Shown here: in pieces, positions 10,005 through 18,596 of the stretch | Numbering within the stretch: position 1 is the first letter of the stretch | How the letters are laid out: every line of letters begins with the position of its first letter | NCBI GenBank assembly: GCA_013360745.1 | Contig: JABWBA010000007.1 | Span: forward strand, 2,945-66,944 | Reading direction: 5' to 3' | Length of the DNA stretch: 64,000 nt | Source of the DNA: Chthonomonadales bacterium | GTDB taxonomy: Bacteria; Armatimonadota; Chthonomonadetes; Chthonomonadales; CAJBBX01 | Notes under the pieces: model-generated | Told to the model about the DNA's origin: nothing | Database searches by the model: none | What the model saw: only the letters and a program-made list of their open reading frames with translations | Position numbers and translations under genes: made by a program

Positions 10005-10282
10005 CGCCGCTCCGCAGGCTGGTCGTCGTCGTCCGACTCCGGCGCCGTCGCGGGCCGAACCAGCCGTGAGCCCTCGTCATGCGGGGGGTTCAGCGGCTTG
10101 ACCAGTCGGACGGCCGAGATCGGTATCAGGAGCGCCTCCTCCCGGGGCTTATCCGGATTCTTGACGAGCTCCAGCCACTGGTCGACCACGTCCCGCAGGA
10201 TCCCCCTGTCGGGGTTCGAGTAGTACGAGGAGTAGTGCACCTCGACCATCCAGCCGATATGCCGCTCGATCGGATTCTGCAT
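10001..10282 (-). CDS. hypothetical small protein with acidic C-terminal tail
   Basis: 93 aa. Its stop overlaps the start of the downstream hydrolase gene (4-nt overlap, 10001-10004). No recognisable motif. Confidence 0.45.
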   Translation of the reverse strand: MQNPIERHIGWMVEVHYSSYYSNPDRGILRDVVDQWLELVKNPDKPREEALLIPISAVRLVKPLNPPHDEGSRLVRPATAPESDDDDQPAERR

Positions 10283-10398
10283 CGCGGAACTCCTTCCAGC
10301 CGCGCCCTGCCCCCGGGTGGGGCGCCGGACCTCGGGGCTTTTCGACCGTATCGCGCCCCCGGGCAGGGATTTCCATCCATGTCAGCGTACATCGTACC

Positions 10399-10920
10399 AT
10401 GGACGATCCGACGTATGGACGCCCGGGCGAGGAGGCGATGGAGAGAACGATGGAGCGGAACTTCGGCAGCGACACGCTGGCGCAGGTGGCGCTGGTGGTC
10501 CGGGATATCGAGGCCTCGGCGCGACGGTGGGCCGATGTCCTGGGCGTAGCCGTGCCCGAGATCATCACCACGGGCCCCGGGCTGGAGGCGGCTCAGACCT
10601 ATCGAGGTTTGCCATCCAACGCCCGGGCCAGGCTGGCGTTCTTCAGCCTGGGGCCTGTGCAGCTCGAGCTGCTGGAGCCCGTGGGCGACGAGAGCGTCTG
10701 GAAGGATGTGCTGGATCGTAACGGCGAGGGCTTCCACCATATCGGCTTCTGGGTGGAGGGGATGCAGCGCAGCGTCGACTTTCTCCGAGAGAAGGGGATC
10801 CCGATGGTGCAGCGGGGCGACATGGGCGAGGGGCAGTACGCCTATTTCGACGCCCAGGAGTCGCTGGGCGTGACGCTGGAGCTGCTGGAGAGGAGGCGCG
10901 AGGCGCGCGCCGAACCCTGA
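10399..10920 (+). CDS. VOC (glyoxalase/bleomycin-resistance/dioxygenase) family protein
   Basis: VALVVRDIE...W, LELLEP and GFHHIGFWV blocks. Start is uncertain; in-frame ATGs also occur at 10438 and 10450. Confidence 0.8.
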   Translation: MDDPTYGRPGEEAMERTMERNFGSDTLAQVALVVRDIEASARRWADVLGVAVPEIITTGPGLEAAQTYRGLPSNARARLAFFSLGPVQLELLEPVGDESVWKDVLDRNGEGFHHIGFWVEGMQRSVDFLREKGIPMVQRGDMGEGQYAYFDAQESLGVTLELLERRREARAEP

Positions 10921-10927
10921 GGATGTC

Positions 10928-11188
10928 ATGCCGATCCGATGCACAACGATCGAAGGCCCAGCTCTCGCCGCCGCCGGGAGGCCGTACGACCCGGCCGGGA
11001 GCATCCTGTGGAGCCTTCTCAAACGGCTGGCGATGGTAGCGCTGGTCGTCGGAGTCGTGGGGTTGGCGCCATGGGGCGGGATCCTGGGGCCGGTTCGGCT
11101 GAAACACGCCCTGATGACCCTGCTGACCGTCGCGGGCATCGGCAAAACGCTCTACGATACGCTCTACTACGACCGTTTTCGCCTGTGA
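10928..11188 (+). CDS. hypothetical small membrane protein
   Basis: 86 aa with two hydrophobic segments (LAMVALVVGVVGLAPWGGIL and ALMTLLTVAGIG). It begins 8 nt after the VOC gene. Confidence 0.4.
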   Translation: MPIRCTTIEGPALAAAGRPYDPAGSILWSLLKRLAMVALVVGVVGLAPWGGILGPVRLKHALMTLLTVAGIGKTLYDTLYYDRFRL

Positions 11189-11225
11189 TCTCCGCCCTGT
11201 CCGATCGGAAGAAAGGAGGGCCTGC

Positions 11226-13379
11226 TTGGCCCCAAACGCAGCTCGTCCCCTGACATTGCGCTCCCTCTTCACCTCGAAAGCCCTTGCCGATCAGACGATC
11301 CGCGACCCCAGATGGCTCGAAGACGGGCGCCGGCTGGCCTATCTGGACCATTACCCGGGGACGCGATCCACCACGGTCTGGGTCTACGATGCGCGCGACG
11401 CCTCACGGCAACCCCTGTTCGATCCCCGAACGATCCGACATACGGGCAAGCCCGTTGCGATCCACAGCGCCAACCTGACAGCGGACGGCTCTCGACTCGT
11501 GCTGACGACATCGGCCCCGGCGCGATTCACCCCCTGCGGCGACGTTCTGATCTACGATATCCCGAGCCGCCGCCTGAGCTGCGTCGCGGCGTCATCCGAC
11601 GAGCAGTACCACCCGGAGCTCTCGCCCGACGGATCGGAGCTGGGACTCGTGCGTGGGAACAATCTTGTCGTGATCAACACCGTCGACGGCCAGGAGCGGA
11701 CGTTGACCCACGACGGGTCCGCGACGCTCTATAACGGCCGGTGCGGGTGGGTCTATGAGGAGGAGCTGGGCCTCGCGAAGGCATGGGCATGGTCGCCGGA
11801 CGGCTCACGGATCGCCTTCCTTCAGCAGGACGAATCGGCGGTGCCGGAGGTCCTCCTGCCCCGGTACAGCGCTCCCCATGCGGACCCGAGAGTGACCCGC
11901 TACCCGAAGGCGGGCGACCCGAATCCGACCGTTCGGCCGGGCATCATCGATCTCGCCGACGGCCGGATCCAGTGGATCTCCCTGGACGGCATCCTGGAGC
12001 CCGGGACGGAGCGCTACATCGCTCATCTCCAGTGGACCCCATCGGGCGACGAGGTCCTGCTGCAGATCTTGCCGCGACTCCAGAACCGCCTGATCCTCGC
12101 GGCGGTTCGGCCGGAGGACGGAGCCCTCCGCACGATCCTCGAGGAGACCGACGAGGCATGGGTCGACCCACCGGGCCGCCTCCATTTCGCGGGCTCATCG
12201 GGCCGATTCCTCTGGCCGTCGGACCGGGACGGACGGACGCATCTCTACCTCTACGATCTGAGCGGAGCCTGCCTGCGACCGATCACCTCGGGACCGTGGG
12301 ACGTGGCCGGCATCGTCCGGGTTACCCCCGCGCCGGAACGCGTATGGTTCACCGCGGCCCGGCCATCTCCGGCGGATCGGAGCCTCTGGCGCGCGCCGCT
12401 GGAGAGCGGAGAGCCGGAGGCCGTGTGCTCCGGCAGCGGCGTTCACACGCCCCTCCTTTCGCCCGATGGAGCGCACGTGCTGGATACGCACTCCACTCTG
12501 AATCGACCGCCGAAGACGACGCTGCTGACCGGCGATGGTCGGCCCGTCGACACCCTTATCGAAACGCCGTCGGAACCGTTCCGGCGCTGCGGGGCGCCCA
12601 TCGGCGATGATGCCGGGGGATGGGAGCTCCTCACCTTCGCGACGCCGGACGGTGAGGAGCTCTGCGCGCGGATGCTCAAACCCCGCGACTTCGATCCGAC
12701 CCGCCGTTATCCGGCCTTGATGTACACCTACGGCGGCCCGGGATCCCAGGTCGTCCTGGACAGCTGGGGCGGCCGGGGCGGTCTCTGGCACCGGTGGCTG
12801 GCCGATCGGGGCTGCCTGATCTTCTGCTGCGACAACCGAGGCACGGGCTCACGCGGGCGCGCCTTCAAGAAGGCGACCTACCTGCGCCTGGGACAGCGGG
12901 AGATCGAGGATCAGATCGCGGGCGCACGCTACCTCGGCGCGCTCCCCTTCGTCGACCCGCGACGGATCGGGATCTGGGGCTGGAGCTACGGCGGCTACAT
13001 GGCCTCGCTGGCCATCCTGCTGGGGGCCGACGTCTTCCGGGCGGCCGTCGCGGTGGCGCCCGTCACCGACTGGCGACTCTACGATACGATCTACACCGAG
13101 CGTTTCATGCGTCGGCCGGACGATAACCCGGAGGGCTATCGGGAGGGCTCACCGGTCCATCACGCCGCGAAGCTTCGGGGCCGGTTCCTGCTGATCCATG
13201 GAACGATGGACGACAACGTCCATTTCCAGAACGGGGCCCGCCTGGCCTCGGCGCTGCAGGATGCGGGCAGGCAGTTCGAGACGATGTTCTACCCCGACCG
13301 GCATCATGGCATCGAGGGGCGGACGCTGCATCTCTATACGGCGATGACCCGCTTTCTACGTCGGTCCCTTCGCTTCTAG
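11226..13379 (+). CDS. S9 family peptidase (dipeptidyl-peptidase IV type: beta-propeller plus alpha/beta hydrolase)
   Basis: 717 aa with the nucleophile elbow GWSYGGY and the downstream HGTMDDNVH and H blocks. Start is a TTG per the ORF track. Confidence 0.9.
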   Translation: MAPNAARPLTLRSLFTSKALADQTIRDPRWLEDGRRLAYLDHYPGTRSTTVWVYDARDASRQPLFDPRTIRHTGKPVAIHSANLTADGSRLVLTTSAPARFTPCGDVLIYDIPSRRLSCVAASSDEQYHPELSPDGSELGLVRGNNLVVINTVDGQERTLTHDGSATLYNGRCGWVYEEELGLAKAWAWSPDGSRIAFLQQDESAVPEVLLPRYSAPHADPRVTRYPKAGDPNPTVRPGIIDLADGRIQWISLDGILEPGTERYIAHLQWTPSGDEVLLQILPRLQNRLILAAVRPEDGALRTILEETDEAWVDPPGRLHFAGSSGRFLWPSDRDGRTHLYLYDLSGACLRPITSGPWDVAGIVRVTPAPERVWFTAARPSPADRSLWRAPLESGEPEAVCSGSGVHTPLLSPDGAHVLDTHSTLNRPPKTTLLTGDGRPVDTLIETPSEPFRRCGAPIGDDAGGWELLTFATPDGEELCARMLKPRDFDPTRRYPALMYTYGGPGSQVVLDSWGGRGGLWHRWLADRGCLIFCCDNRGTGSRGRAFKKATYLRLGQREIEDQIAGARYLGALPFVDPRRIGIWGWSYGGYMASLAILLGADVFRAAVAVAPVTDWRLYDTIYTERFMRRPDDNPEGYREGSPVHHAAKLRGRFLLIHGTMDDNVHFQNGARLASALQDAGRQFETMFYPDRHHGIEGRTLHLYTAMTRFLRRSLRF

Positions 13380-13386
13380 GGCTCGA

Positions 13387-13569
13387 TCAGCGATTGAAGT
13401 GCTTGATCCAGTAGAGCCCCGTGCCGGGAATGCCGAAGGAGATGTAACGTCGTCCGTCGGGGGACACTCCGAAACGGAACAGCCTCCCGCCGAGCCGCCA
13501 GCCGAGCCCCTTCCGAGTGACGGTCATCCGGAAGGGGCCTCTGCCGAAGGTCTTGCGGAACCGGAGCAT
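13387..13569 (-). CDS. DUF4236-like small protein
   Basis: 60 aa, basic. The FRFRK..G.....L.....G...S.GIPGTGL pattern is characteristic of DUF4236. Confidence 0.5.
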   Translation of the reverse strand: MLRFRKTFGRGPFRMTVTRKGLGWRLGGRLFRFGVSPDGRRYISFGIPGTGLYWIKHFNR

Positions 13570-13584
13570 GAGCCTGCTCGCGCG

Positions 13585-14718
13585 CTACGCCATCGCCTGA
13601 GCGAGGTCGGCGATCAGGTCGTCGATATGCTCGATGCCGACGCTGATGCGGATCATCTCCTCGGTGATGCCGACGGCGCGACGAACCTCCTCGGGCATCG
13701 AGGCATGGGTCATCGCAAAGGGATGCTCGATGAGGGATTCGACCCCGCCGAGGGACTCCGCGAGGGTGTGCAGTCGGACCCGGTTGAGCAGTCGTACGGC
13801 CGCCTCCCCGCTCTTCATCCGGAACGAAAAGGTGCCGCCGACGCCCCGCATCTGCCGCTGGGCGAGCTGATGCTGCGGGTGTTCCGGGAGGCCGGGATGG
13901 AGGACCTGGGCTACCTGGGGCTGCTCTCGGAGCCAGTGGGCCATGGCGAGGGCGTTGGCGTTATGCGCCTCCACCCGCAGCGGGAGGGTCTTGATGCCCC
14001 GGAGGACGAGGAAGGAGTCGAACGGGGACAGCGCAGTGCCGGTGGCGTTCTGCAGGAACTTGAGCCGCTCCGCTATGGCGTCGTCGCGTACGATGAGGGC
14101 GCCCGCGATGACGTCGGAGTGGCCGTTGATGTACTTGGTCATCGAGTGGAGCGAGATATCGATGCCCAGATCCAGCGGACGCTGGTTGCAGGGAGAGGCG
14201 AAGGTGTTGTCGGTGATCGTCCGGACGCCGCGCGCGCGGGCGATGTCGGCGATGGCTTCGAGGTCCTGCAGGTTCATCAGCGGGTTCGTGGGCGTTTCGG
14301 TCCAGAGCAGGCGGGTGTTGGGCCGGATGGCGGCCTGGAGGGCGTCGAGATCGCGCATATTTACGAAATCGACGCCGACGCCGAGGTTGGCGGTAACGCC
14401 GGTCAGATAGCGATAGGTGCCCCCGTACAGATCGTCGTGCACCAGCACGTGATCGCCGCTCTCCAGAAGCGCCAGGGCGACGGACACCGCCGCCATGCCC
14501 GATGCGAAGCTGAAGGCATGAGCGCCGCCTTCGAGGGCCGCGAGGCACTCCTCGAGGGCCTTGCGAGTCGGGTTGCCGCTCCGGGTGTAATCGAACTCGC
14601 CCGGCTGGCCGACGGCCTTGAAGGCGAAGGTCGAGGTCTGGTAGATCGGCGGCATCACCGCGCCGTGGGCGGGATCCGGCGGCTGGCCGGCATGGATCGC
14701 TAGTGTCTCAAGATGCAT
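13585..14718 (-). CDS. PLP-dependent transsulfuration enzyme (cystathionine gamma-synthase / beta- or gamma-lyase family)
   Basis: PLP-lysine block HSMTKYINGHSDV, plus N-terminal TLAIHAG and YTRSGNPT. Confidence 0.9.
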   Translation of the reverse strand: MHLETLAIHAGQPPDPAHGAVMPPIYQTSTFAFKAVGQPGEFDYTRSGNPTRKALEECLAALEGGAHAFSFASGMAAVSVALALLESGDHVLVHDDLYGGTYRYLTGVTANLGVGVDFVNMRDLDALQAAIRPNTRLLWTETPTNPLMNLQDLEAIADIARARGVRTITDNTFASPCNQRPLDLGIDISLHSMTKYINGHSDVIAGALIVRDDAIAERLKFLQNATGTALSPFDSFLVLRGIKTLPLRVEAHNANALAMAHWLREQPQVAQVLHPGLPEHPQHQLAQRQMRGVGGTFSFRMKSGEAAVRLLNRVRLHTLAESLGGVESLIEHPFAMTHASMPEEVRRAVGITEEMIRISVGIEHIDDLIADLAQAMA

Positions 14719-14770
14719 CGCAAGCTCCCCCGTTGACGATGGGCGATTGTACCCTGTCTCGCGGGCGGGC

Positions 14771-16384
14771 CTATTGGGCGACGGTCGTCGTCACATGGGG
14801 CAGATGGCCCATGAGGCTATCCCTGAGTCCCCGCACGTAGGGCTTCTGGAGCTCGACGTCGCGGAGGTGGTACATGGGGATCCAGGGCGCGTCGTCGACC
14901 GCCAGCCGCTCGGCCTTCGCATAGAGCGCCAACCGCCGCTTCGGGTCGGACTCGACATCGGCGGCGTCGCATAGCCGATCGAACTCCGGATTGGAATAGC
15001 CGATGGTATTCTCGGGCGACACGGTGCGGAGCATGAGCGATAGGAAGTTCTGGGGATCGAGGTAGTCGGCGGCCCACCGGAGGTGATAGCAGGGCATCGT
15101 GCCGTTGGTGCGCTGGGTCAGGAACTGCGCCCACTCGACCTGCTGGATGTCGCATTCGATGCCGAGGTTGCGCTGGAGGTCGCTGCGGAGCGCTACCACC
15201 GCATCTTCGATGTATTTATAGCCCTGTCGGAAGCTGATCGTCAGCCGGGGGAAACCCTTGCCGTCCGGGTAGCCCGCTGCGGCGAGCAGGGCTCGTGCGC
15301 GCGCAGGATCGTAGGGGAGCCCGCGAAAGGCCGGATTGTAGCCCGGGACTCCGGGGGGCAGGATGCCGGCGGCGCGTGCCGCCGTCCCCTTGAGGGCGAG
15401 GCGCAGGATGGCGTCCTTGTCGATCGCGCACGCGAAGGCCTGCCGGACCCGTTTATCCTTGAACGGCGGGAAGGCGGCCTGGTTCAGAGCGAGGTACCAG
15501 ATGTTGGCGCGGGCGAACTCCCGAATCTGGCCCTTCAGAACCGGATCGGCCTGGATCCGGCTGAGATCGGCCCGCTGCAGGTCGGTGATGTCGGCGCCCC
15601 CGCTCTCGTAGCGGGTCTGGCGGCTGGTCGAGTCCGGGAGGATCGGGCGCTCCAGCCCGTCCAGGACCGGCCTGCCGCCGTGATAGTCGGGGTTCGCAGC
15701 CAGCAAAACGCTGTAGCCCGGCCGATATTGGGCGAGGGCGAAGGGACCGGAGCCGACGGTGTTCGTTTCGTCCAGCAAGCCTTTCTTCTTCTCGACGGCC
15801 TCGCGGCAGACCACATAGGCGGTGGGATAGGTCAGCTTGCCGAGAAAGTAGGGCTTCCGCCGGTCGATCGTGATCGTCAGGGTCCGAGCGTCGGGGGCTG
15901 CCAACCCCCGTACCGTCGTCGCCTTGCCGTCGGCGACGTCCCGCGCGCCGACGATATCGTTGAGGTAGTTCATGGCCGTGGCCGACCTGGTCGCGGGCAG
16001 AAGGGCGCGGGTCATGGAATAGACGAAGTCGGCGGCGGTGACCTCTCTGGGATAGGGCTTGTGGAAACGGACACCCCGTTTGAGATGGAAGGTATAGACC
16101 GTTCCGTCCGGGCTGACCTCCCAGCGCTCCGCGATGTTCGGCACGATCTCGTTCTCCACGCTCCACTGCACCAGCCCTTCGTACACCTGCATCAGTAGGT
16201 CGATCGTATCGCCGTCCTCGACCGTCGCGGGGTCCAGGGTGGTAGGCCGGGATTGGAGGGCGTATCGGAGGACGTTTTTGCCGGAGACTCGGTAGGGTCG
16301 GGAGGCTTCCTTCCGTCCGCAGCCGGCCAGGATCGGGGCCGCCATGGCCAGCACGGAGAGGGCAATCAACGGACGTATGTGCAC
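14771..16384 (-). CDS. ABC transporter substrate-binding lipoprotein, family 5 (peptide/nickel type)
   Basis: Lipobox PILAGC after a hydrophobic leader; 537 aa with SBP_bac_5-like architecture. No permease or ATPase genes are adjacent. Confidence 0.88.
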   Translation of the reverse strand: MHIRPLIALSVLAMAAPILAGCGRKEASRPYRVSGKNVLRYALQSRPTTLDPATVEDGDTIDLLMQVYEGLVQWSVENEIVPNIAERWEVSPDGTVYTFHLKRGVRFHKPYPREVTAADFVYSMTRALLPATRSATAMNYLNDIVGARDVADGKATTVRGLAAPDARTLTITIDRRKPYFLGKLTYPTAYVVCREAVEKKKGLLDETNTVGSGPFALAQYRPGYSVLLAANPDYHGGRPVLDGLERPILPDSTSRQTRYESGGADITDLQRADLSRIQADPVLKGQIREFARANIWYLALNQAAFPPFKDKRVRQAFACAIDKDAILRLALKGTAARAAGILPPGVPGYNPAFRGLPYDPARARALLAAAGYPDGKGFPRLTISFRQGYKYIEDAVVALRSDLQRNLGIECDIQQVEWAQFLTQRTNGTMPCYHLRWAADYLDPQNFLSLMLRTVSPENTIGYSNPEFDRLCDAADVESDPKRRLALYAKAERLAVDDAPWIPMYHLRDVELQKPYVRGLRDSLMGHLPHVTTTVAQ

Positions 16385-16494
16385 GACAGACCTCCTGAGG
16401 GCGCTTGAGTAGGTGGAGTCATACCCGAAACGGATGCTTGCAGGTGCGGCGGCGCCGTCGACGATCCGGCTCCATATATGAGACCGCTATGCCC

Positions 16495-16523
16495 TTGACA
16501 AATACGGATCCGTACGATATATT
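16495..16523 (+). promoter_or_regulatory. near-consensus sigma-70-type promoter
   Basis: TTGACA at 16495-16500, a 17-nt spacer, then TATATT at 16518-16523. It lies in a locally AT-richer intergenic tract upstream of the PEP-CTERM gene. Confidence 0.55.
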
Positions 16524-16589
16524 GCACAATGCTAAACAGTCGTTTGATGCTACATTGCTGACTAAGGGTATTTGGAGATCGTCATCATA

Positions 16590-17285
16590 ATGCGCAACAT
16601 CGCAGCAGTCGTTGGTCTGGCCGTTCTATCCATCTCTGTACAAGCACAGTACACGAGCGCGTTCAACAGCAATAACGAGAGCTGGCGTATGACCGGGCTG
16701 AGCCAGCCGTTTACAGCTCTCTCCGGCCCTGCGTATCCTGGATCGATCTATTCAGCGCCTTTCCTTGGCGGGATCGGCAATCCTCCAGGCTCCATTGGCG
16801 ATGATGAAGCCCCGGGAGCCCTCTATGAGTATTTCCTGACGCCTTCAGCCTGGAATGGCAATCGCAGCTCGCTCGCCGGCGGCACGATCCAGTGGGACTA
16901 TCTGTATACAGGAGTCTGGGATAACGCGTGGGGCGATATCGCCATCCGGGACACGCTCAACAACCGGTGGATCGTCGCCGATGTGACGGCGGTGTCTCCG
17001 ACTGCGGGTGTCTGGAATACCCTTTCGGTCAACATGGACACCTCTTCGCCGTGGAGGATCGGATCCATGGCCGGGGCTCTGGCCACGAACGGCGATATTA
17101 TGGCAGCGCTGACGAACATGGGCGGGGTATTCGTCCGAGCAGAAGTGCGATTCGGTTCCGAGACGCGCCGAATGGACAACTTCCAGTGGAGAGGACCGGT
17201 CATTCCAGAAGCCGGAACCATGGCGTCCTTCGGGAGCTTCCTCGCCACTGGCCTCTTCTGGCTCCGACGCAGGATCAAGGCGTAG
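16590..17285 (+). CDS. PEP-CTERM sorting-domain secreted protein (possible laminin-B-like domain)
   Basis: Signal peptide MRNIAAVVGLAVLSISVQA. The C-terminus VIPEAGTMASFGSFLATGLFWLRRR is PEP motif plus TM helix plus basic tail. The ATG at 16590 is preferred over the TTG at 16572. Confidence 0.8.
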   Translation: MRNIAAVVGLAVLSISVQAQYTSAFNSNNESWRMTGLSQPFTALSGPAYPGSIYSAPFLGGIGNPPGSIGDDEAPGALYEYFLTPSAWNGNRSSLAGGTIQWDYLYTGVWDNAWGDIAIRDTLNNRWIVADVTAVSPTAGVWNTLSVNMDTSSPWRIGSMAGALATNGDIMAALTNMGGVFVRAEVRFGSETRRMDNFQWRGPVIPEAGTMASFGSFLATGLFWLRRRIKA

Positions 17286-17317
17286 CGTCAGCCTCCATCG
17301 TCGCCATGATGTACGGA

Positions 17318-17350
17318 GGGCTCCCCGTTCCATCGGGGGGCCCTTCTTAC
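17318..17350 (+). terminator. candidate intrinsic terminator
   Basis: GGGCTCCCC-(8 nt loop)-GGGGGGCCC forms a 9-bp stem with one G-U pair, followed by TTCTTACGTT. It sits 32 nt after the PEP-CTERM gene stop. Confidence 0.4.
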
Positions 17351-17462
17351 GTTCGACGACGCGGCGTCCCGTCCGACCAGTACGGCGCCCATGCTGGCAT
17401 GGTCCGGAGAGCGTAGGGCTCGGGCCGTGTGTTATACTTCTGAATCAGGCGATAGCCCACGT

Positions 17463-18563
17463 ATGAGGAGGCGGACCTTGACACGATATGCCGGCGGCTT
17501 GTGCGCGTTGCTGGCGTTTGCCGCGATCACAGGCGGGTGCGGCGGTACGAAGACAGCGGCAAAGGTGAACCAGGATACGATCACCGAGGAGGCGTTCCTG
17601 GCGCGTCTGGCGGATGTCGACGCGATGGAGCTGACGAACTCGGCCCGCTCGAATGGACCGGCGAAGGCCGGTGAGTTCGCGATGCGCGCGCTGATCACCG
17701 AGAAGCTCATCCTGCAGCTGGCCGCATCGAAAGGCGCGAGTCCGACCAAAGAGCAGGTGAAGGACTTTCGCGCCTTCGCCCGACGATATCCGCAGGCCGT
17801 AGGCGCCAATCCCTACAGGACCGAAGAGGGAGCGATCCGCGACGCCGAACTGCAGGTGGCCATGCGCAACCTCATGGCCAAGCCCCTCAAGATCACCGAC
17901 GCCGAGATCAACGAGGAATACGATCGGTTGAAGTCCGAGCTCGTGGAACCCCGCCAGTACCGCCTCCGCATCGTCGAGACGGCCGATAAGGCCAAAGCTG
18001 AGGCGGCCGCGGACAAGCTCAAGAAGGGCATCTCCTTCGAGACCGTGGCCCTGACCGACTCCGACGACCCATCTCTCCGTGCGCGGAGCGGCGATACGGG
18101 TCTGCTGCCCGAGCCCGCCATGCCGGCCGCCATGAAGGCCGCCCTCGCAGGCCTCAAGCCCGGGGAATATACCAAGGCGCCGATCCGGGTCGATGCGCCC
18201 GTCGGCCAGGGACAGCCGGCAGGCGCTCCGGTTCACTGGTTCCTCGCTCAGCTAGTCGAGATCAAAGAGGCACGTAAGATCCCCCTGAAGGATGTTCGAT
18301 ATGATATCGAGGGCCGGGCGATCGCGCGCAAAGATCCGTCCGCGGGCCAGAGGGTGATGGCCCTTCTTCGCGACTATATCAAGAACGCGAAGATCGAAGT
18401 CAGCATGAAGGGCTACGAGGATGTCGCGAAGGCCGTCAAGGATAGCGCGGCCGCTCCCGTAGCCGCCGCGCCTCCGCAACCCGGCGGAACCGCGCCTGCC
18501 CCTCCGGGAGGTCAAGCGCCCCCGCCCGCTCCGGAGCCGGGCCACGAAGGGCACGACCATTAG
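17463..18563 (+). CDS. PrsA/SurA-like peptidyl-prolyl isomerase lipoprotein (parvulin domain)
   Basis: Leader MRRRTLTRYAGGLCALLAFAAITGGC. A PpiC-type rotamase-like segment (YRLRIVE...GISFETVA...GDTGLL) is followed by a Pro-rich tail ending HEGHDH. Confidence 0.75.
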   Translation: MRRRTLTRYAGGLCALLAFAAITGGCGGTKTAAKVNQDTITEEAFLARLADVDAMELTNSARSNGPAKAGEFAMRALITEKLILQLAASKGASPTKEQVKDFRAFARRYPQAVGANPYRTEEGAIRDAELQVAMRNLMAKPLKITDAEINEEYDRLKSELVEPRQYRLRIVETADKAKAEAAADKLKKGISFETVALTDSDDPSLRARSGDTGLLPEPAMPAAMKAALAGLKPGEYTKAPIRVDAPVGQGQPAGAPVHWFLAQLVEIKEARKIPLKDVRYDIEGRAIARKDPSAGQRVMALLRDYIKNAKIEVSMKGYEDVAKAVKDSAAAPVAAAPPQPGGTAPAPPGGQAPPPAPEPGHEGHDH

Positions 18564-18596
18564 ACCCTGCTTACGGGCGCGGATTCGGATAGCGGC

